Shown: positions 35,628 to 46,180, counted from the stretch's first letter. The stretch is 64,000 bases of DNA from Bacteroidota bacterium (GCA_018266735.1 JAFDZT010000004.1:887728-951727); one strand, 5' to 3'. Numbers and translations are program-made. Notes: generated by a model not told the origin, from the sequence alone.

Positions 35628-35708
35628 CTACTTCTCTTTTACTTCTTGTTTACTTCTTGTTTACTTCTTTCTTACTTCTTTCTTACTTCTCTTTTACTTC
35701 TCTTTCAC
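35628..35708 (-). repeat. Same 11-bp array in reverse-complement orientation, about 7 units
   Basis: ctacttctctttt acttcttgttt acttcttgttt acttctttctt acttctttctt acttctctttt acttctctttcac read directly. It contains the stop codon (35694-35696) of the minus-strand anti-sigma gene. Confidence 0.95.
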
Positions 35709-36311
35709 CACTTCACTCGCTCTCTTCAGATCTCTCTCCAACTGACGTCGCTCTTCCGGATCGGTGGTGCGTGAAAGGCGCTCGAGAAGGTCCTTGCGGT
35801 GTTGCTCAAGGGCGGAGCGTTCGATGCGAGATTCGATGGTACTGGTGGTGATGCGACGTGGCGATGTGGGCACGGAGCGCACCCCCTCACGAATGCGCTG
35901 TGCGGGTTGCTCTACGGAAGGTTGATCGAAGACGGCCGGTTGTTCGAGAACGACAGGAGTGCGCGGGATGGACTCCAGCACGTGTTCTGGTGTGAACAGC
36001 GATGCAGTGAGATTGAGCAGTGTTGCGAGGACAACGACCCCGCCGCCCCACTTCCCTGCCGCGCCAACCGAAGCCGTCGGTGCAGAGAAGAACGTTGCGT
36101 GCAACGAAGCGCGTTGCGCTTGTAGTGCGGCCATCACCGTGTCCGACGGATACTCGATGCATTGCGCAAGCAACGGAGACTGCGCATGGATGCGCTGCAG
36201 CTCGTTGCGGAGCTCGGCGTCGATGGGCAATGGAGATGCGTCGGCGGATCCGTCGAGCGGACCGTCGTCGATCATATCCATCAACAGTTCTTCGATGCGT
36301 TCCATGGTCAA
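35694..36311 (-). CDS. Putative anti-sigma factor
   Basis: 205 aa. 4-bp overlap with the upstream ECF sigma gene and one central TM segment (GGGVVVLATLLNLTASLF). Confidence 0.55.
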   Translation of the reverse strand: MTMERIEELLMDMIDDGPLDGSADASPLPIDAELRNELQRIHAQSPLLAQCIEYPSDTVMAALQAQRASLHATFFSAPTASVGAAGKWGGGVVVLATLLNLTASLFTPEHVLESIPRTPVVLEQPAVFDQPSVEQPAQRIREGVRSVPTSPRRITTSTIESRIERSALEQHRKDLLERLSRTTDPEERRQLERDLKRASEVVKEK

Positions 36312-36841
36312 TCCTCGAATTGCGGACGGAGTACGGCCGCAAGTGTGCGTCGTGCGCGGAACACTCGAACCTTGGCCGCAGATACAGAGATGCCAAGGAG
36401 GTTCGAGATGTCGTTGTACGACAGATCATCAAAGTAGCGAAGGCGAATGATGGTGCGATCGTCGTCCGGCAAGGCATCGACAGCGGCGCGGATCAAATGA
36501 AGATCCACTTCTGACAGGCCTTGCTCATCCGCAACGGCGGCATCGGTGTCTTCGAGCGGCGACGTGCGTTGCTCGATGCGCTTCTCGCGCAAGCAGGCAT
36601 GTCGCGCAATGGAGAAGATCCATGCATCGAAGTTCTGTCCGTTGAACGTTGCACGCGAGGCATACACCGACGTGAACACTTGCTGCACCATGTCGACCGC
36701 CTTGGCTTCGTTCCGCAAGATCGTTCGCGCATAGGCGAACAACTTGGTCGCATACCGTTCATACAACACGTCGAACGCATCGTGATGTCCGTTGCATACC
36801 TTCCGGAAGAGCTCTTCGTTGGTGATCTCCATGGCCTTCAT
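36308..36841 (-). CDS. ECF-type RNA polymerase sigma-70 factor
   Basis: 177 aa. Region 2 (MVQQVFTSVY...FDAWIFSIARH) and region 4 (IIRLRYFDDLSYNDISNLLGISVSAAKVRVFRARRTL). Confidence 0.9.
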   Translation of the reverse strand: MKAMEITNEELFRKVCNGHHDAFDVLYERYATKLFAYARTILRNEAKAVDMVQQVFTSVYASRATFNGQNFDAWIFSIARHACLREKRIEQRTSPLEDTDAAVADEQGLSEVDLHLIRAAVDALPDDDRTIIRLRYFDDLSYNDISNLLGISVSAAKVRVFRARRTLAAVLRPQFED

Positions 36842-36924
36842 AGCTGCAACCTAGTCGAATTCACGCGAAAGGTTACGGCGACCTTCCGTGTAACCTTTCG
36901 ACCTGTATCGGGATTTGATTGGTC

Positions 36925-37869
36925 ATGCGCACAACCCTGAGCCTTGTCTTCGCCCTTTCCACCCTCCTTGTCCTCCCCTCTTGTGTGGATGAGCGTGGCA
37001 ACCCCATCAATCCGTCGAACCCGACACCGCCGTCGACCGCCTTGAGCGTGGTGCCGGACTCGATCGGACTCGAGGTAGGGATGACCTATCAGTTCACCGC
37101 AAAGAACATCGAGGCCGTGAACGTGGCGTGGGCCATGGAATCCGGTCCGGGATCGATCTCGGAGACCGGCCAATACACCGCACCCACCTCGTTGAAGTCC
37201 GCCTCGGCACGCGCGCGCATCCTGGCCATGGACAAACGCGACTCGACGAAGCGTGCCTGGGGGATCATCGACCTGCGTGACCCGAACTTTGCACCGCCTG
37301 TCGACACAAACGTCTGCTTCACGCGCGACATCATGCCGCTCATCCGCAGCAACTGCTCCATGGCGGGATGTCACGACGGTACGGACGACGAGGCCCGCAG
37401 TCTGCTGAACTACACAGAGGTCAAGACCTACGTCCGCAATGGCTCGAATGGCCTGCCTTCCGCCTCGCGGAGCAAGCTCTACACCGTGCTCCTCCCGGGT
37501 GCCGAAGAGCCGATGCCGCGGGATCGCGATCCGCTGTCGGCCGCGCAGATCGCCCTGATCAAGAAGTGGATCGACCAGGGTGCCAAGAACACGGACTGTG
37601 CCGAGACCACCTGCGATACGTCGGCGGTGACGTATGCCGACATCGACAAGATCATGACGACGAACTGCACCGGCGGATGCCATAGTGGCGCACGTCCGAG
37701 CGGCAACATCGACCTGACCACCGAGGCCGGCACAAGCGCCCAGGTCCTGAACGGCAAGCTCATCCCCTCCATCGAGCAGCGCACGGGCGCGATCTGGATG
37801 CCCGAAGGCGGCAAGCTCACCGATTGCGACGTGGCCCGCATCCGTACATGGGCCCGTACCGTGAAGTAA
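36925..37869 (+). CDS. Lipoprotein with Ig-like (BIG2-like) domain and two Cys-x(3-4)-Cys-His modules
   Basis: Track ORF 36919 (TTG)..37869. ATG 36925 gives MRTTLSLVFALSTLLVLPSC. Two similar modules: DIMPLIRSNCSMAGCHDG and DIDKIMTTNCTGGCHSG. Confidence 0.7.
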   Translation: MRTTLSLVFALSTLLVLPSCVDERGNPINPSNPTPPSTALSVVPDSIGLEVGMTYQFTAKNIEAVNVAWAMESGPGSISETGQYTAPTSLKSASARARILAMDKRDSTKRAWGIIDLRDPNFAPPVDTNVCFTRDIMPLIRSNCSMAGCHDGTDDEARSLLNYTEVKTYVRNGSNGLPSASRSKLYTVLLPGAEEPMPRDRDPLSAAQIALIKKWIDQGAKNTDCAETTCDTSAVTYADIDKIMTTNCTGGCHSGARPSGNIDLTTEAGTSAQVLNGKLIPSIEQRTGAIWMPEGGKLTDCDVARIRTWARTVK

Positions 37870-38013
37870 GGGAAACCTCGCCTAACTGCTTTCAATTCAT
37901 GAGCTTCCGTTCATGATACAATACTCGGTCCGGTTTGGCTTCTACGCCTCTCCTTGGCTATATTTGCCTTAGCAGAACCAGGAAGTTGACCACGATCATT
38001 TCGAAGGAGGAGC

Positions 38014-40491
38014 ATGGCGACACGTCATCCACGTCGCATCATGAGGGCGTTGGCATTTGCCATCGTACCCGTTATGGCGATGATGACGTCGGCACCACTG
38101 CTCTTGGCACAACAGACCCCTCCTTCCTCCCCCGCCACCCAACCAACCACCGTTGCACCTGCCAAGAAGGCGCCCGTCTTTCCGGACGAGTTCTGGGATC
38201 TGGACGAGGGCACGGCCGGACAGGCCCAGCTGGACAACGGTGTTGCCGAACAGCTTGAACGGGCGCGTCAGCGCTACCTGAAGGCCCTGCTCCTGATCGA
38301 ACAGAAGGACACGCTCGCTGCGGCCCGTCAGTTCGAGTCGGCCATCGTCTCGCTCAACGAACTGGCCAGCTACCCCAAGATCGAAGACAATCAGGACTTC
38401 ACGGACCTGGCGCAATCGGTGATCGAGGACTACGAGGCCTACGTCTCCAGTATTGACGACCTCGACGAGAACTCATCCGCCTTCATCCTGCGTGAGAAGC
38501 TCTTCGAAGAGGTGGAGACCTATTCACGCGCAAGCAAGACCGAACCCAAGAAGACCGTGGAAGAGACCACGGCCGAGACAGCAGCGCTGCCGGTGACGAC
38601 CATTCCGCTCGTGATGAACGAGTCCGTCGAGAAGAGCGTGCGCTTCCTTGCCGAGAACAAGGGGCGCAAGTTCATGAAGCGCTGGATCGAACGCAGCGGC
38701 AAGTGGTTCTCGATGATGAAGCGCATTGCCAAGGAAGAGGACATGCCGGAGGAGATCATCTTCCTCTCGATGATGGAATCGGGCCTCGATCCGAACGCCT
38801 TCTCACTGGCCAAGGCCGTGGGTCTGTGGCAGTTCATGCAGGCCACCGGACAGGAATACGGTCTCACCGTGAATTTCTGGATCGACGAACGTCGCGACCC
38901 CGAGAAGTCCACCCGCGCTGCCATGCGATTCCTCAAGGACCTGTATCGCGAGTTTGGCGACTGGCATCTTGCCTTGGCCGCCTATAACCGCGGCGCCGGC
39001 GGCGTACGCCAATCGATGCGGAAAACGGGCAGCACGAATCCGTCGTACTGGGAAACGCGCGACTACCTGCCACGCGAAACACGCAACTACGTTCCGCTCT
39101 ACATCGCCACCACACTCATCAACCTGCAGCGCGAGAAGTATGGCTTCACGGATGATTCACTGTCGTTCCATCCTGAGTACGCCTACGACATCTACATGGT
39201 GAAGGAGCCCACGAACATCGCCGCCCTGGCCAAGTGCGCCGGCATGACGGTGGACTCCATTCGCAAGCTCAATCCCGAACTCGTGAAGCCATGCACGCCG
39301 CCAAGTGTGGACGTGTACGCCTTCAAGATCCCGAAGGGAACGCTGCAAACGTTCGCGACGAACTTTGAGTCGCTCACCGACGACGAGAAACGTCCATGGA
39401 TGACGCATACCGTTGCCCGCGGCGAGACCCTTGCCTCGATCGCCAAGCGCTACGGTGTGGCCGCATCCGACGTGGCCAGTGTGAACCAGCTCACCGGCTA
39501 TAAGAGCAAGCTCAAGCGCGGCATGTCGCTCCGCATTCCGATGACGAGCCTCGGAGCCGCACCACAGCTTGCCATGAGCGAGCCCGCTTCCACATCGACG
39601 GCCTCCAACGACGTGATCGGCAATGCTACACCAGAGAGCATGTCACCCCGCCGCCATACCCAGCCTTCTCCCTCTGTTGCCACGACCACTCCTGAGGCAG
39701 CAGGGACAACAGCAACGGTGGAAGGGTCGAAGGGTCGCACAACGGTCAAGCATACCGTGCAGAACGGCGAGAATCTCTACAGCATCGCACGTCGCTATGG
39801 AGTGCGGCTCACAGACCTTCGCAACTGGAACAACATCTCGTACGACAGAGAGAACATCCGCATTGGCGACACGCTCGTGGTGGCCATCACGGACGAGGCA
39901 ACGCGCAGTGTGGCCGCTTCAGATGTCGAGAAGATCCGCGTCACCCGCGTGATCTCGCACACCGTTGCACGTGGAGAGACATTGGCCGGGATCGCCTCGT
40001 TGTACAACACCACCACCGACCGCCTTCGCGCCTTGAACAAGGTGCCACGCAATGGTGCACTGAAGTCCGGCAAGCCCATTCGCGTCGAGACATCGCTTTC
40101 CAAGACCGAGCTGGCCGCCATTGCCCGCACGGCCCCAACCGGCAAGCCCCGCATCCACAGCGTTCGCAAGGGCGAGAACCTGAGCGGTATTGCGGCCACG
40201 TATGGCGTGGACGAGGAACAACTCCGTCGTTGGAACAACGATGTGCTCGAGGGCACAACGGTCTTTGCCGGCACCAAGCTCCGCATCTACGGTGCTCAGC
40301 CCACCGACAAGGGAAGTGCCGCCCCATCGACCGAAGGCAAGCGTCCACCCAAGACCTATGTGGTACGTCGCGGCGACACCTTGAGCGAGATCGCCGACAA
40401 GTTCGGTGTAAGTGTCAGCTCGCTCATGAAGAAGAACCGGAACCTTTCGGAGCGCACCATCCGGGCCGGTCAGACCATCCGTTTGCAGTAA
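38014..40491 (+). CDS. mltD: Membrane-bound lytic murein transglycosylase D-like protein (SLT domain plus multiple LysM domains)
   Basis: 825 aa. SLT catalytic region (SMMESGLDPNAFSLAKAVGLWQFMQATG). At least four LysM repeats (HTVARGETLASIAKRYGV..., HTVQNGENLYSIARRYGV..., etc.). Confidence 0.9.
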   Translation: MATRHPRRIMRALAFAIVPVMAMMTSAPLLLAQQTPPSSPATQPTTVAPAKKAPVFPDEFWDLDEGTAGQAQLDNGVAEQLERARQRYLKALLLIEQKDTLAAARQFESAIVSLNELASYPKIEDNQDFTDLAQSVIEDYEAYVSSIDDLDENSSAFILREKLFEEVETYSRASKTEPKKTVEETTAETAALPVTTIPLVMNESVEKSVRFLAENKGRKFMKRWIERSGKWFSMMKRIAKEEDMPEEIIFLSMMESGLDPNAFSLAKAVGLWQFMQATGQEYGLTVNFWIDERRDPEKSTRAAMRFLKDLYREFGDWHLALAAYNRGAGGVRQSMRKTGSTNPSYWETRDYLPRETRNYVPLYIATTLINLQREKYGFTDDSLSFHPEYAYDIYMVKEPTNIAALAKCAGMTVDSIRKLNPELVKPCTPPSVDVYAFKIPKGTLQTFATNFESLTDDEKRPWMTHTVARGETLASIAKRYGVAASDVASVNQLTGYKSKLKRGMSLRIPMTSLGAAPQLAMSEPASTSTASNDVIGNATPESMSPRRHTQPSPSVATTTPEAAGTTATVEGSKGRTTVKHTVQNGENLYSIARRYGVRLTDLRNWNNISYDRENIRIGDTLVVAITDEATRSVAASDVEKIRVTRVISHTVARGETLAGIASLYNTTTDRLRALNKVPRNGALKSGKPIRVETSLSKTELAAIARTAPTGKPRIHSVRKGENLSGIAATYGVDEEQLRRWNNDVLEGTTVFAGTKLRIYGAQPTDKGSAAPSTEGKRPPKTYVVRRGDTLSEIADKFGVSVSSLMKKNRNLSERTIRAGQTIRLQ

Positions 40492-40546
40492 GTCTGCACC
40501 CTTCCTTTTCGTAGTTTTGTGGGCTTGTTTTCATAGCCCGAGCTTC

Positions 40547-41524
40547 ATGCACGCCATCATACCCGTGGCAGGGATGGGCACACGCCTACGCCCCCACACC
40601 TATACATTGCCCAAGGTTCTCGTCAACGTTGCGGGAAAGCCGATCCTTGGTCACATCCTCGATGCTCTCATGCTGCAAGGCGTTACGGGAGCAACGATCA
40701 TTACCGGGTATAAGGGTGACCTGGTGGAAGAGTATGTGCGCAACAACTATTCGTTGCCATGCACCTTCGTTGAGCAGAGTGAGCTCCTTGGCCTTGGACA
40801 TGCGATCTGGATCGCACGCGAGACCATCACGGAAGAGCCGGTGCTCATCATCCTTGGCGACACGGTCTTCGACGTCGACCTCTCCGTTCTCGATGCTGCA
40901 TCCTTGTCGTCGCTTGGCGTCAAACACGTCGACGATCCCCGTCGATTCGGCGTAGTGATCTCCGACGGTCCATTCGTCACACGCCTTGTCGAGAAGCCCG
41001 AGACCGCCGTCTCGCACATGGCCTTGGTGGGACTGTACTACATCAAGAATCCACTCTTACTGAAAGAGTGTCTGCAGTACCTCATCGACAACGATCTCCG
41101 CACCAAGAACGAATATCAACTCACCGATGCATTGCAACTCATGGTGGATCGCGGCGAGCGCTTCACCACGTTTCCCGTGGATGGTTGGCATGACTGCGGG
41201 AAACCCGAGACATTGCTCGAGACCAATCGATTCCTGCTCACCAAGGGCTCTACCCGCGAAGCTCCGAAGGGATGCGTTGTGGTACCACCCGTGCACATCG
41301 ATCCAACGGCCATCGTGGAACACAGTGTGATCGGTCCGTACGCATCCGTGTCGCGTGGCGCCGTTGTGCGTAACAGCATCATTCGCGACAGCATCATCAG
41401 CGATGGTGCCATTGTGAGCGACGTGGCCTTGGAGCAAAGCATCATTGGCGAGAACGCCGAGGTCTACGGTCAATTCGTGTCCATCAATATCGGCGACGCC
41501 TCCGTGGTTCGCCTCAGTCGATAA
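40547..41524 (+). CDS. Sugar-phosphate nucleotidyltransferase with C-terminal left-handed beta-helix
   Basis: Track ORF 40517..41524. ATG 40547 gives [25 protein letters not shown] (the G-x-G-T-R-L motif). Hexapeptide-repeat-like C-terminus. Confidence 0.85.
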   Translation: MHAIIPVAGMGTRLRPHTYTLPKVLVNVAGKPILGHILDALMLQGVTGATIITGYKGDLVEEYVRNNYSLPCTFVEQSELLGLGHAIWIARETITEEPVLIILGDTVFDVDLSVLDAASLSSLGVKHVDDPRRFGVVISDGPFVTRLVEKPETAVSHMALVGLYYIKNPLLLKECLQYLIDNDLRTKNEYQLTDALQLMVDRGERFTTFPVDGWHDCGKPETLLETNRFLLTKGSTREAPKGCVVVPPVHIDPTAIVEHSVIGPYASVSRGAVVRNSIIRDSIISDGAIVSDVALEQSIIGENAEVYGQFVSINIGDASVVRLSR

Positions 41525-41567
41525 CCTCCATCGCAACTCCATTCATTTCTCATTGCCTCTAGCACCT

Positions 41568-42704
41568 ATGTCTCACACGTTCACCTCAGAGTCGGTAAGC
41601 GAAGGCCATCCCGACAAGATCTGCGATCAAGTTTCCGATGCCGTCCTTGACGAAGTGTTGGCCCACGACCCTACAGGTCGTGTTGCCTGCGAGTGTTTCG
41701 CTACCACCGGTCTGATCGTTGTTGGTGGTGAGATCACCACTACACACTACATCGACCTGCCACAACTGGTACGCGAAGTGATCAAGGATATCGGCTACAC
41801 GAAGGCCGAGTACCGCTTCGATAGCGAGTCGTGCGCCGTTGTGAACGTGATCAACCGTCAATCGCCCGACATCGCACAAGGTGTGGACACGGGCGGCGCC
41901 GGCGATCAAGGCATGATGTTCGGCTACGCAAGCACGGAAACGGACGAGTACATGCCGGCCACCATCTACTACTCGCACAAGCTGGTGAAACGCCTGGCCG
42001 ACATTCGCAAGAGCTCGTCGCATCTGATGCCCTACCTGCGTCCGGATGCCAAGGCACAAGTATCGATCGTCTATGCCGACAACGGCGACATCGTCCGCGT
42101 CGACACCGTTGTGGTCTCCACGCAGCACGATCCCGTCAACCAAATGCAACTCCGCGAAGACGTGATGGAGCATGTGATCAAGGCCGTGATCCCCGAGAAC
42201 CTCATCACGCCGGAGACCAAGTATCACATCAACCCGACCGGAAAGTTCGAGATCGGCGGACCGCACGGAGACACCGGTCTCACGGGTCGCAAGATCATCG
42301 TCGACACCTATGGCGGACGTGCTCCGCATGGTGGCGGGGCCTTCTCGGGCAAGGATCCCACGAAGGTGGACCGTTCCGCTGCCTATGCAGCACGCCACCT
42401 TGCTAAGAACATCGTGGCCGCCGGCGTGGCGCGCGAGTGCACCATCCAGCTGTCGTATGCCATTGGCGTTGTTGACCCTGTGTCGATCAACGTGAACACG
42501 CACGGCACATCTACGGTCGACTCGGCACTCATCGAGCAGTTCATCTCCAAGCACATCGACCTTTCTCCAAAGGGCATCATCGACCGTCTCAAACTCCGTC
42601 AGCCGATCTATCGTGCATCGGCCGCCTACGGACATTTTGGACGTCATGAGTTCCCGTGGGAACATCTTGACCTCGTTGAGACGTTCTCTTCCCAATTCGC
42701 CTGA
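41568..42704 (+). CDS. metK: S-adenosylmethionine synthase
   Basis: ATG 41568 within track ORF 41445..42704. [59 protein letters not shown]. Confidence 0.97.
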   Translation: MSHTFTSESVSEGHPDKICDQVSDAVLDEVLAHDPTGRVACECFATTGLIVVGGEITTTHYIDLPQLVREVIKDIGYTKAEYRFDSESCAVVNVINRQSPDIAQGVDTGGAGDQGMMFGYASTETDEYMPATIYYSHKLVKRLADIRKSSSHLMPYLRPDAKAQVSIVYADNGDIVRVDTVVVSTQHDPVNQMQLREDVMEHVIKAVIPENLITPETKYHINPTGKFEIGGPHGDTGLTGRKIIVDTYGGRAPHGGGAFSGKDPTKVDRSAAYAARHLAKNIVAAGVARECTIQLSYAIGVVDPVSINVNTHGTSTVDSALIEQFISKHIDLSPKGIIDRLKLRQPIYRASAAYGHFGRHEFPWEHLDLVETFSSQFA

Positions 42705-42729
42705 TCTCGAACAACTTCACAGGACAACA

Positions 42730-44151
42730 ATGTCGAACGCAACAAAGACAAAGAAGATCGCGCCCGGTACGGCCAAGAAGGTGACCGCCTCGAAGAACGG
42801 CACCAATGGCAAGCTCGCGCCGAAGCGCGTGGTCAAGGGCGAGATCGCCTACAAGGAGCACCATTATGCTGTGCGTGACCTCGGACTGGCCGAATGGGGC
42901 CGGAAGGAGATCATGCTCGCCGAGGCGGAAATGCCCGGCCTGATGGCACTTCGTGCAGAGTACAAGGGCAAGAAGCCACTCAAGGGCGCTCGCATCGCCG
43001 GCTGCTTGCACATGACGATCCAAACGGCCGTGCTCATCGAGACGCTCATCGATCTCGGTGCCGACGTCACCTGGTCGAGCTGCAACATTTTCTCCACGCA
43101 AGACCATGCTGCCGCTGCCATTGCAAAGGCCGGCATCGAGGTCTATGCATGGAAGGGGATGAACGAAGAGGAGTTCGACTGGTGCATCGAGCAAACGCTG
43201 TTCTTCGGAAAGGACCGCAAGCCACTCAACATGATCCTCGACGATGGTGGTGACCTTACCAACATGGTCCTCGATCGGTATCCGCACCTCGCCGCCGACA
43301 TTCGCGGCTTGAGCGAAGAGACCACCACAGGCGTTCACCGCTTGTATGAGCGTATGAAGGCCGGCACCTTGCCCCTTCCCGCCATCAACGTGAACGATTC
43401 TGTGACGAAGAGCAAGTTCGACAACAAGTATGGCTGCAAGGAATCCCTCGTTGATGCGATCCGTCGCGCAACCGATGTGATGATGGCAGGCAAGGTGGCC
43501 GTGGTGGCAGGGTATGGCGACGTGGGCAAGGGCTCGGCAGCATCGCTGCGTGGATCCGGCGTGCGCGTGATCGTCACGGAGATCGATCCGATCTGCGCTC
43601 TGCAAGCCGCAATGGACGGATTCGAAGTGAAGCAGATGATCGATGCCGTGAAGGAAGCCGACATCGTGGTGACGGCAACCGGCAACTGCGACATCATTTC
43701 CGAGAAGCACTTCAAGGCCATGAAGGACAAGGCCATCGTCTGCAACATCGGTCACTTCGATAACGAGATCGACATGGCATGGCTCAACAAGAACCATGGT
43801 AAGTCGCGCGTGGAGATCAAGCCGCAAGTGGACATGTACACGATCGGCAAGAAGGACATCATCGTCCTCGCCGAAGGCCGCCTGGTGAACCTTGGCTGCG
43901 CTATGGGTCACCCATCGTTCGTGATGTCCAACTCGTTCACGAACCAAGTGCTCGCACAACTCGAACTGTGGAAGCACACGGACCGCTACGAGAACCAGGT
44001 CTACGTACTGCCCAAGCATCTCGATGAAAAGGTCGCACGCCTGCACTTGAAGAAGATCGGTGTCGAGCTCGACGTGCTGAACAAGAAGCAGGCCGACTAC
44101 ATCGGTGTTTCGACCAGCGGACCGTACAAGCCAGACTATTACCGGTATTGA
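42730..44151 (+). CDS. ahcY: Adenosylhomocysteinase
   Basis: ATG 42730 within track ORF 42613..44151. [48 protein letters not shown]-terminal KPDYYRY. Confidence 0.97.
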   Translation: MSNATKTKKIAPGTAKKVTASKNGTNGKLAPKRVVKGEIAYKEHHYAVRDLGLAEWGRKEIMLAEAEMPGLMALRAEYKGKKPLKGARIAGCLHMTIQTAVLIETLIDLGADVTWSSCNIFSTQDHAAAAIAKAGIEVYAWKGMNEEEFDWCIEQTLFFGKDRKPLNMILDDGGDLTNMVLDRYPHLAADIRGLSEETTTGVHRLYERMKAGTLPLPAINVNDSVTKSKFDNKYGCKESLVDAIRRATDVMMAGKVAVVAGYGDVGKGSAASLRGSGVRVIVTEIDPICALQAAMDGFEVKQMIDAVKEADIVVTATGNCDIISEKHFKAMKDKAIVCNIGHFDNEIDMAWLNKNHGKSRVEIKPQVDMYTIGKKDIIVLAEGRLVNLGCAMGHPSFVMSNSFTNQVLAQLELWKHTDRYENQVYVLPKHLDEKVARLHLKKIGVELDVLNKKQADYIGVSTSGPYKPDYYRY

Positions 44152-44162
44152 TCGCAAATGAA

Positions 44163-44197
44163 AGTGGCAGCCTCTGGAAGAGGCTGCCACTTCTTTT
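44163..44197 (+). terminator. Intrinsic terminator after ahcY
   Basis: AGTGGCAGCCTCT gga AGAGGCTGCCACT followed by TCTTTT. 13-bp perfect stem. Confidence 0.85.
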
Positions 44198-44427
44198 AAC
44201 CGGAATGCTTAGTTCCGCTATGAATCAAGTTGACATAACCTGGTTCATACGAATGGACTCGCCAACCATTTAACTGAAGTTGAGCGATGCAATCCGTGTT
44301 GCAAATAGGAATTAGTATAAACATTGTTTTTCCTAATTTCGTTGCAAGTTACTCCCGATTAGACGGGCAGTTTTCGCTGGGTGCGGAAGCTCTTGATTTC
44401 CTCCTCGGTGAGTGATGTAATGTTCAA

Positions 44428-44462
44428 TGAGTCGCATTTGCAGATGCGACTCATTTTTTTTT
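44428..44462 (+). terminator. Terminator-like hairpin plus T9 run in the AT-rich island (no plus-strand gene upstream)
   Basis: TGAGTCGCAT ttgcag ATGCGACTCA followed by TTTTTTTTT. The T run also encodes the KKK C-terminus of the minus-strand ORF 44451..45245. Confidence 0.45.
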
Positions 44463-45245
44463 ACTTAGACTTGACACAATTCCCTTGGCGGACTCAAGTA
44501 ACAGAATCAGCTTGGTCTCATCGTCACTATCAATCTCGGCGGGAATCTCGATCGTAAACACCTGACCATTTTGCAAAGGCAAGGTTAAACTCATTCCAGT
44601 TTTTCTAGGACTCGCCAAAGAGTCAACGATCTTGTTGTCAAGCACGGTACTACCTTCATCTGTCTCGTACGCAATATCAGAATGCGATTGCGCAACTGAA
44701 CCATCTCTATGACTCTTCGAATTGACAAGTAGCTCAGCATGTTCACCTTTCTGCACCAATAGACCGCACAGGTGAGCTGCATCCAGAAACAACTTCATCC
44801 ATAGACGCGAGGTTTCGTGATCAACTTCAAGTATCCGTTCGATGCGATTCTGAAAGAACTTCATATTTACATCGCCACCCACATGCGCGTCGTAAATCAT
44901 CTTCAGCGGCTCGCAAGACAGCATAATCTCTTTCAATGCTCGATCTCGATCCTGTTCTGAAGCAGGCTTGAGAGCCTCAATAGAGAGTCTAGACAAACGG
45001 AATCCATCGTCCGCGGCCTCAAGAAACCTCAGAACAACCAAAGCCCGTATATGACGAGCTAACTGGCTGCTGTTAACAGACACATCTAGAACATTAGCTA
45101 GCTCTGATCTCGAAATCAGAGATCGAGTTGCACCAAGAGCCTCGATGGCTCGTAGGGCGTCCCTCATGGAGAGTGACAGTGGAGCAAATCCCCTCCGAAC
45201 TCTTCCAGGTGTAATGGCTGATTTTGACTCAGCTGATGATTCCAT
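44451..45245 (-). CDS. Hypothetical protein, possible winged-helix N-domain, AT-rich codon usage
   Basis: Track ORF 44451..45386. ATG 45245, preceded by AGGAAA, gives MESSAESKS... The segment SRSELANVLDVSVNSSQLARHIRALVVLRFLE is wHTH-like. No other domain recognised. Confidence 0.5.
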   Translation of the reverse strand: MESSAESKSAITPGRVRRGFAPLSLSMRDALRAIEALGATRSLISRSELANVLDVSVNSSQLARHIRALVVLRFLEAADDGFRLSRLSIEALKPASEQDRDRALKEIMLSCEPLKMIYDAHVGGDVNMKFFQNRIERILEVDHETSRLWMKLFLDAAHLCGLLVQKGEHAELLVNSKSHRDGSVAQSHSDIAYETDEGSTVLDNKIVDSLASPRKTGMSLTLPLQNGQVFTIEIPAEIDSDDETKLILLLESAKGIVSSLSKKK

Positions 45246-46139
45246 GGTATTTCCTGGTTCAGCAGACACGTACATCTCCTCAATCAAAACAGTAAACACT
45301 CGATAGACAACCAACACTTTGCAATTTAGGGGGTCATGTGACCAAAGCAAGGGGCTATCGTCCGTGTGGAAAACTTTCTCCTTCACCGGTATGCGTATCT
45401 GGACGTTGTTTGGAAGGAGTTATTGTGCATTATTTTAAACGACTTACCGCTTTCTTTGCGCTTTTTTCCAAATTTTGTGAAATGGTTTATCTTAGTTTCG
45501 CCTACATAATGACTCCGACGATCTATATGCGGCGAGAAGTCGCCCCAAGCTTGCGTACACCGCAGATCCATTTCGATTTACTGGGCAAAATGGTGTCTAA
45601 AGCGCTAGTCCTCAACCGCAACACATTCAAACCAGAGTCACTTTCCATGGATTCATTTCGAGAAGCTCCCATCGAGAAAACAGTGCCCTCGCAAAATGTA
45701 GATGCAGCCTTTCAAACTCAGCACCGTGATACTGATCATCAAGGTACACAAAGGTCCAACCTAACATTGCGGTATCGCAGGTCATTTTTTTCCAGTTTTC
45801 AGCCTAGATCGCCGAGAGAAGGACATCCATTCTGATAAGATGCGGCGACTTCTATCAGGAACGCCCAAATGAACACTCGCTTCGATTAAGTGAACGGGAA
45901 GAACATTCTTACTACATACTAGCAGTTTGATCAAGTCATAGACTAGTTCAGAAACCATGGACCTGACATCGGACGCTCAAACTCTACCCGATGTTATCCT
46001 ATATCTTGTGAACAGAAATTTCGTGCATTGGGTTATGCACGGCGTGTTTTTTTCCTTGATCGGATGGGAACTCTTTCCGTCTGAGTTATGGTTAACACGT
46101 ATGTTGAACGATTCAACCTCGGTTGACGAACTCAACCCA

Positions 46140-46175
46140 ACCTCGAGAGGGTGCAGACTCTCGAGGTCTTTTTGT
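46140..46175 (+). terminator. Intrinsic terminator at the right edge of the AT-rich island (possibly bidirectional)
   Basis: ACCTCGAGA (10-nt loop) TCTCGAGGT followed by CTTTTTGTTTG. It lies 5 nt downstream of the minus-strand gene ending at 46181. Confidence 0.6.
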
Positions 46176-46180
46176 TTGTG

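Noticed and set aside
41525-42729. A SAM or SAH riboswitch upstream of metK or ahcY.
   Set aside because: The leaders are only about 43 nt (before metK) and 25 nt (before ahcY), too short for either riboswitch class.
44198-46180. A tRNA or integrase-associated att site marking the AT-rich island as an integrative element.
   Set aside because: I could find no tRNA-like T-arm/acceptor sequence, integrase or convincing direct repeats by eye. Only weak GTTGAC similarities occur near both ends.
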